A DNA stretch of 56,278 nt, taken from NCBI GenBank assembly GCA_029865125.1, contig JAOUHN010000003.1, positions 1-56,278 of the forward strand, in the 5' to 3' direction. Under the pieces are notes generated by a model. That model made no database searches, was not told the origin of the DNA, and worked only from the letters and a program-made list of their open reading frames with translations. The position numbers were made by a program, and so were the translations under genes. Positions 51,896 to 56,278 of the stretch are shown in pieces. The stretch comes from Candidatus Moraniibacteriota bacterium (lineage in GTDB: Bacteria > Patescibacteriota > Minisyncoccia > Moranbacterales > UBA9337). The stretch's first letter is position 1; the number at the start of each line of letters is the position of its first letter.

Positions 51896-51922
51896 TTAGC
51901 ACTCAAACTTGACGAGTGCTAA
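51896..51922. promoter_or_regulatory. CIRCE operator (HrcA binding site)
   Basis: ttagcactc aaacttgac gagtgctaa is an exact match to TTAGCACTC-N9-GAGTGCTAA. Confidence 0.9.
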
Positions 51923-51937
51923 CCTCATGATTATAAT
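51909..51937 (+). promoter_or_regulatory. hrcA promoter (TTGACG-17-TATAAT) whose -35 element lies inside CIRCE
   Basis: TTGACG 51909-51914 and TATAAT 51932-51937. ATG 51946 begins 9 nt after the -10 element. Confidence 0.55.
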
Positions 51938-51945
51938 ATAATCAT

Positions 51946-52689
51946 ATGAATGAGAGACAAGAAAAAATTATAGCTGCAGTTATTGAGGAATACACCACCT
52001 CAGCTGTTCCAGTTGGTTCAAAAGTTTTATTTGAAAAATATGGAATTAGTGCCAGTCCTGCAACAATCAGACATGACATGAGTGTCTTGGAAGAAGAAGG
52101 ATTTTTGTATCAGCCACACATTAGCGCTGGAAGAATTCCAACTGACACAGGATACAGATATTTCGTGGAAAGTTTGATGGAAGACAGAGAATTGAGCAAA
52201 AGAGAGCAGATTGCTTTGCAAGAAGAGCTTTTGAAGCTGAAAGCAAAGAATTCAAGACTCTCAAGAACAACAGCAAAACTTTTGTCAGTTGCGAGCAAAA
52301 ATTTGGCAATCAGCGGAATTTTGGACAAGCAAGAGTTTCATGATTTTGGAATGAGAGATCTCTTGAGTGAGCCAGAATTTCAGGGATTAGACGAGGTGTG
52401 TCGAATTGCAGAAGCATTGGATTATGTGGATGAGATGTTTGAGAAAATATCCAAAGAAATGGAAGTCGGAGAAACAAAAATTTTTATCGGAAAGGAAAAT
52501 CCAATTGATAGTATTTCAAATTGTTCCATGATTGTTTCGCCATATGAACTTGAAAATGGTGAAAAAGGAGTGCTTGCTCTCATTGGTCCAAAGAGAATGA
52601 AATATGCTAAGAATAAATCGCTGATTGAATATATCAAAAAAATACTAGGAAGCTCACTTCCAATAATTATAATTTTTATAAGCACATAA
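51946..52689 (+). CDS. hrcA: heat-inducible transcription repressor HrcA (short form, 247 aa)
   Basis: N-terminal winged helix PVGSK ... SPATIRHDMSVLEEEGFLYQPHISAGRIPT. Confidence 0.88.
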   Translation: MNERQEKIIAAVIEEYTTSAVPVGSKVLFEKYGISASPATIRHDMSVLEEEGFLYQPHISAGRIPTDTGYRYFVESLMEDRELSKREQIALQEELLKLKAKNSRLSRTTAKLLSVASKNLAISGILDKQEFHDFGMRDLLSEPEFQGLDEVCRIAEALDYVDEMFEKISKEMEVGETKIFIGKENPIDSISNCSMIVSPYELENGEKGVLALIGPKRMKYAKNKSLIEYIKKILGSSLPIIIIFIST

Positions 52690-52777
52690 CACACATAACA
52701 CATAACATATAACACGCAACATATAACACGCAACATATAACACGCAACATATAACACATAACTTATAACATATAACA
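52685..52777 (+). repeat. 13 heptads (YATAACA / CGCAACA, including three perfect 14-mers) filling the entire hrcA-grpE spacer
   Basis: cataaca (ca) cataaca cataaca tataaca cgcaaca tataaca cgcaaca tataaca cgcaaca tataaca cataact tataaca tataaca. The first unit contains the hrcA TAA and the last A is the A of the grpE ATG. Confidence 0.92.
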
Positions 52778-53316
52778 TGAAGAAAAAAAAATTAAAAAAT
52801 GATTCAGAAAATAAAGTGAAGAAAGAAGGGAAAAAGAACAGCGAAGAGTTAGTAGTGGAATATTTGGATGGATGGAAAAGGTGTCAGGCTGAATTTGAAA
52901 ACTACAAAAGAATTCAAGGCGAAGAAAGAAAAGATTTGGTGAAATATGCTTCTCAAAATGTTGTCATGCAAATCATTCCGGTGGTGGACAATTTCGCATC
53001 TTCTGTGGCTCACATTCCCGAGGAACAAAAGGATGGTCCATGGGTTCAGGGAATTATGTATATTCAAAAGCAATTGGAAGATGTTCTCAGAGAAAACGGA
53101 GTGGAAGAAATTGAAGTGAATGTGGGAGATGAATTTGATGCAAATATTTGCGAGGCAATTCAATCTCAGTCATCTGTGGATGATGGGACAGAGGAAAACA
53201 AAAAATCCCAGTCACTCTCGAGTGACGTGACAGGGAATAAGATAAAGAAAGTTATTTTGAAAGGATATAAGATTGGTGAAAAAGTGATCAGGCCTGCAAG
53301 GGTAGTGGTTGGATAA
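52777..53316 (+). CDS. grpE: nucleotide exchange factor GrpE
   Basis: RCQAEFENYKR ... VVDNF ... GYKIGEKVIRPARVVV. Confidence 0.9.
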   Translation: MKKKKLKNDSENKVKKEGKKNSEELVVEYLDGWKRCQAEFENYKRIQGEERKDLVKYASQNVVMQIIPVVDNFASSVAHIPEEQKDGPWVQGIMYIQKQLEDVLRENGVEEIEVNVGDEFDANICEAIQSQSSVDDGTEENKKSQSLSSDVTGNKIKKVILKGYKIGEKVIRPARVVVG

Positions 53317-53321
53317 AAAAA

Positions 53322-53350
53322 AGGGGGCTAACGATGTCGTTGAGCCCCCT
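53322..53350. other. GC-rich hairpin after grpE, with an A-run upstream and no U-run downstream on the + strand
   Basis: aaaaaaaa agggggct aacgatgtcgttg agccccct aaagg. Confidence 0.5.
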
Positions 53351-53439
53351 AAAGGAGAGAAGAGATGCACCTAGATACTAACAGATGGTGTGAATCTTGT
53401 CAAGGGTTTGTGAGGAAATTTAATAACAAAATAGAAGTT

Positions 53440-53524
53440 GTCATTCTGAACTTGTTTCAGAATCCCAGAATAATATCGGGTGCGTGCTTGGATTGGAAGA
53501 TCCTTAAACAAGTTTAGGATGACA
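53440..53524 (+). repeat. family A element between grpE and dnaK
   Basis: gtcattctgaacttgtttcagaatccc ... gaagatccttaaacaagtttaggatgaca. Confidence 0.85.
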
Positions 53525-53604
53525 ATATGAAGTAAATAACAAAATTAATTTAGAAAGTTTGCAGTTGTCTTGGATAAGATAATTGTGAGCTGAAAAGAAA
53601 AAAT

Positions 53605-55557
53605 ATGGGAAAAATATTAGGAATTGATCTTGGAACAACAAACAGTGCAATGGCAGTTGTTCAAGGAGGAAAACCAGAAATCATTGAAAACAAAGAAGGA
53701 AACAGAACAACTCCTTCAATTGTTGCCATTTCAAAAAGTGGAGAAAGGTTGACTGGACTTGTTGCAAAAAGGCAAGCTGTCACTAATCCTGAAAATACAT
53801 TGTTTTCAGTGAAGCGTTTGATTGGAAGAAATTTTGATGATCCAGATGTTCAAGAGGACATCAAGTTGATGCCGTTTAAGATTGTGAAAGGTGACAAGGG
53901 AGAAACTAAGGTGAAAATGGGAGACAAAGAATACACTCCTCGTGAAATCTCAGCAATGGTTCTTCAAAAATTGAAAGCGGATGCAGAAGCAAAATTGGGA
54001 GAGACTATTACTGAGGCTGTGATCACAGTTCCAGCATATTTTGATGACTCTCAAAGAAAAGCAACCAAAGAGGCAGGAGAAATTGCAGGTCTCAAAGTGA
54101 AAAGAATCATTAATGAACCAACTGCTGCTGCTCTTGCATATGGTTTTGACAAGAAGGCTAATGAGAAAATTGCTGTGTATGACCTTGGAGGTGGAACTTT
54201 TGACATTTCAATTCTTGAGGTTGGAGATGATACTGTAGAGGTGATGTCAACAAACGGAGACACCCATCTTGGAGGAGATGACTTTGATCAAATCGTTATT
54301 AACTGGATCATCAATGAATTCAAAAAACAAGAAGGAATTGACTTGGGGAAGGATAATCTTGCTCTTCAAAGAATCAAAGAATCTGCTGAAAAAGCAAAGA
54401 TTGAGCTTTCAACTGCTGAACAAACCGAAATCAATCAGCCGTTTATCACTACTGATGAATCAGGACCAAAGCATTTGGTGATGACTCTCACTAGAGCGAA
54501 ATTGAATGAATTGGTAGATGAAGTTGCTAAGAAAACACTTGAGCCAGTGAAAAAAGCTCTTGCTGATGCGAAGCTTGAAAAGGGAGACATCAATGAAGTT
54601 GTGATGGTTGGTGGAATGACAAGAATGCCACTGATTCAGAAAATTGTGGAAGACTTTTTTGGAAAGAAACCAAATGCCAGTGTGAACCCTGATGAAGTTG
54701 TGGCTTTGGGAGCTGCGATTCAAGGTGGAGTTTTGGAAGGAAGCGTGAAGGATGTTTTGCTTTTGGATGTGACACCTCTCACTCTTGGAATTGAAACAAT
54801 GGGAGGAGTGTCCACTCCACTGATTGAACGAAACACAACCGTTCCAACAAAGAAATCTCAAACTTTCTCAACCGCCGTGGACAATCAACCAAGCGTTGAA
54901 ATTCACGTGCTTCAAGGAGAAAGAGAAATTGCTTCAGGAAACAAAACTCTTGGAAGATTCATTCTGGACAGCATTGCACCAGCACCAAGAGGAATTCCAC
55001 AAATTGAGGTTACTTTTGACATTGATGCAAACGGAATCTTGAATGTGAGCGCAAAAGACAAAGCAACTGGAAAAGAGCAATCAATCAGAATCGAAGCTTC
55101 ATCAGGAGTAAGCGAGGAAGAAATTGAAAGAATGAAGAAAGATGCTGAAGCTCACGCTGAAGAGGATAAGAAAAAGAAAGAGGCTGTTGAAGCGAAAAAC
55201 ATTGCTGACACATTGATCTACACCACTGAAAAAGCAATGAAAGAAGCTGGAGAAAAAGTTTCAGCTGAAAAGAAAAAACCAGTAGAAGAAAAAATTGAGG
55301 CTCTCAAGAAAATCAAAGACGGAGACGACACTGAAGCAATCAAGAAAGCCACTGAAGAACTTTCAACAGAAGCTCAAAAGATTGGAGAAGAGCTCTACAA
55401 AGCAGCAGCTGAAGCTGAGAAATCACAGTCGTCCACGGACGACGTGACGGGGAAAGAAGGAGAATCCAAAGAAGGAGAAGTGAAAGACGCTGAAGTTGAG
55501 GAAGATAACTCCGCAAAATCTGAAGATAGCGGAGCAGGGAAAGATGACAAGAAATAG
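53605..55557 (+). CDS. dnaK: molecular chaperone DnaK (Hsp70)
   Basis: [17 protein letters not shown] and [15 protein letters not shown] motifs. 650 aa. Confidence 0.95.
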   Translation: MGKILGIDLGTTNSAMAVVQGGKPEIIENKEGNRTTPSIVAISKSGERLTGLVAKRQAVTNPENTLFSVKRLIGRNFDDPDVQEDIKLMPFKIVKGDKGETKVKMGDKEYTPREISAMVLQKLKADAEAKLGETITEAVITVPAYFDDSQRKATKEAGEIAGLKVKRIINEPTAAALAYGFDKKANEKIAVYDLGGGTFDISILEVGDDTVEVMSTNGDTHLGGDDFDQIVINWIINEFKKQEGIDLGKDNLALQRIKESAEKAKIELSTAEQTEINQPFITTDESGPKHLVMTLTRAKLNELVDEVAKKTLEPVKKALADAKLEKGDINEVVMVGGMTRMPLIQKIVEDFFGKKPNASVNPDEVVALGAAIQGGVLEGSVKDVLLLDVTPLTLGIETMGGVSTPLIERNTTVPTKKSQTFSTAVDNQPSVEIHVLQGEREIASGNKTLGRFILDSIAPAPRGIPQIEVTFDIDANGILNVSAKDKATGKEQSIRIEASSGVSEEEIERMKKDAEAHAEEDKKKKEAVEAKNIADTLIYTTEKAMKEAGEKVSAEKKKPVEEKIEALKKIKDGDDTEAIKKATEELSTEAQKIGEELYKAAAEAEKSQSSTDDVTGKEGESKEGEVKDAEVEEDNSAKSEDSGAGKDDKK

Positions 55558-55570
55558 AATTTCCTAGATA

Positions 55571-55610
55571 ACAAAAACAGTCCCATTCATTTAGGGCTGT
55601 TTTTTGTTTC
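55571..55610 (+). terminator. intrinsic terminator after dnaK
   Basis: aaaacagtccc attcattta gggctgtttttt. Confidence 0.7.
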
Positions 55611-55615
55611 TTCAA

Positions 55616-55644
55616 TTGACATCTCAGTCATCATGTCCTATCAT
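55616..55644 (+). promoter_or_regulatory. promoter (TTGACA-17-TATCAT)
   Basis: Hexamers at 55616-55621 and 55639-55644. Confidence 0.5.
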
Positions 55645-55701
55645 TAAACATCCAATGGAATAAACTGTTGGAAAAGCAACAAGAAGGAGGACATTGTAAC
55701 T

Positions 55702-55932
55702 ATGACACCAATCAATGATAGAAGAGCGAAAGATATTGTCGGTCGCCAAGTCTTTTGCAAGGAATCTCCAGGCGAGAGATTGAATGTCGAAAAAATGGAG
55801 GCCGGCGCACAGCATGACTTTAGAGCGTTTTGCAAAGGTATTGCGGTGTATTTCAATAAGGATGATTTGCTATCGATTTATGATGGCACACACCCGACGA
55901 TTGGATTGCATCAAGATGTAGTGATAAGATAA
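55702..55932 (+). CDS. 76-aa hypothetical protein
   Basis: AAGGAGG 11 nt upstream and its own promoter. No family recognised. Confidence 0.55.
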   Translation: MTPINDRRAKDIVGRQVFCKESPGERLNVEKMEAGAQHDFRAFCKGIAVYFNKDDLLSIYDGTHPTIGLHQDVVIR

Positions 55933-55957
55933 ATCGAGCAACAGTAGGAGGCGTCTC

Positions 55958-56083
55958 ATGTCGACAAGCAACTTATTTTATTCACCGGATGATAAAAAAT
56001 TGTTTTATGTTACTGATTGTCAAATCAGTGTACAAGATGAGTACATAGGTAACACTTTTGATATTTTCATGGGTGTCTCATAA
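55958..56083 (+). CDS. possible 41-aa ORF (MSTSNLFYSPDDKKLFYVTDCQISVQDEYIGNTFDIFMGVS)
   Basis: TAGGAGG lies 6 nt upstream of the ATG. Its 3' part overlaps the end of the antisense transposase ORF, so it may be spurious. Confidence 0.3.
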   Translation: MSTSNLFYSPDDKKLFYVTDCQISVQDEYIGNTFDIFMGVS

Positions 56084-56278
56084 TTGAGTGTTTGATGAGG
56101 TCTATGAAAGTTGTATTCAATCAACCATTCAGTTAGATTTCGATTGAATATATCAGGATTGGAGTTGAAGTTACCAAGACTGATAAATTCTTCTTGAAGT
56201 GTTCGATTGAATCTTTCATTATCAGGATTGTCTTTTGGAGTTCTTACCCTTGAATGATATTGTTCAATTTTTAGTTTT
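56020..56278 (-). mobile_element. C-terminal 85 codons of a DDE (rve / integrase-core) transposase; the IS element continues beyond the right window edge
   Basis: My own minus-strand translation gives KLKIEQYHSRVRTPKDNPDNERFNRTLQEEFISLGNF ... WLIEYNFHRPHQTLNYETP ... *. The PxxNxxxERFNRTLKxE and YNxxRPHQ(S/T)L motifs are typical of IS481/IS3-type transposases. It is missing from the ORF track because its start lies outside the window. Confidence 0.8.

Noticed and set aside
5911-52777. Could the short-period arrays or hairpin repeats be CRISPR arrays?
   Set aside because: The units are 7-8 nt with no unique spacers. The family A and B copies are dispersed singly. No cas genes are present in the window.
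52422-52778. 118-aa minus-strand ORF (MLYVISYVLYVACYMLRVICCVLYV…).
   Set aside because: Its N-terminus is simply the reverse translation of the heptad array, and the rest is antisense to hrcA.

Overview
AT-rich window, almost all genes on the + strand, with tightly packed housekeeping genes. The gene set is typical of a small, reduced genome, probably Patescibacteria/CPR-like (inference from content only). Recognised genes: split comEC, greA, lysS, rdgB, tsaC, serS, rplI, pyrG, rpmA, tyrS, pheST, glyA, the hrcA-grpE-dnaK block, an envelope-polysaccharide cluster (polyprenyl glycosylphosphotransferase, two GT4s, Wzz-like), rfbCBD plus rfbA and galU, tRNA-Glu(CUC), tRNA-Gln(CUG) and RNase P RNA. 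I saw no rRNA, CRISPR array, prophage or recognisable multi-gene defence system. The unusual content is mostly non-coding or accessory. (1) Two families of intergenic hairpin repeats share GTCAT...ATGAC termini. Family A shows compensatory changes within each arm. (2) Three families of degenerate 7-nt tandem arrays sit exactly at stop and start codons, and one fills the whole hrcA-grpE spacer. (3) Core genes lack a Shine-Dalgarno sequence, while about 13 orphan or accessory ORFs carry strong GGAGG sites. (4) A 1.9-kb insertion bounded by 54-bp direct repeats carries an M20 peptidase gene, a Nudix gene and a truncated peptidase-E-like remnant. (5) A PlsC acyltransferase sits next to an acyl-ACP-reductase-like oxidoreductase. 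(6) LysRS is fused to an HD-hydrolase domain. (7) A TrpR/YerC-like gene is bracketed by ACTAGT-centred palindromes. (8) An rve-type transposase fragment lies at the right edge. All family assignments are by eye from motifs and need HMM or BLAST confirmation.
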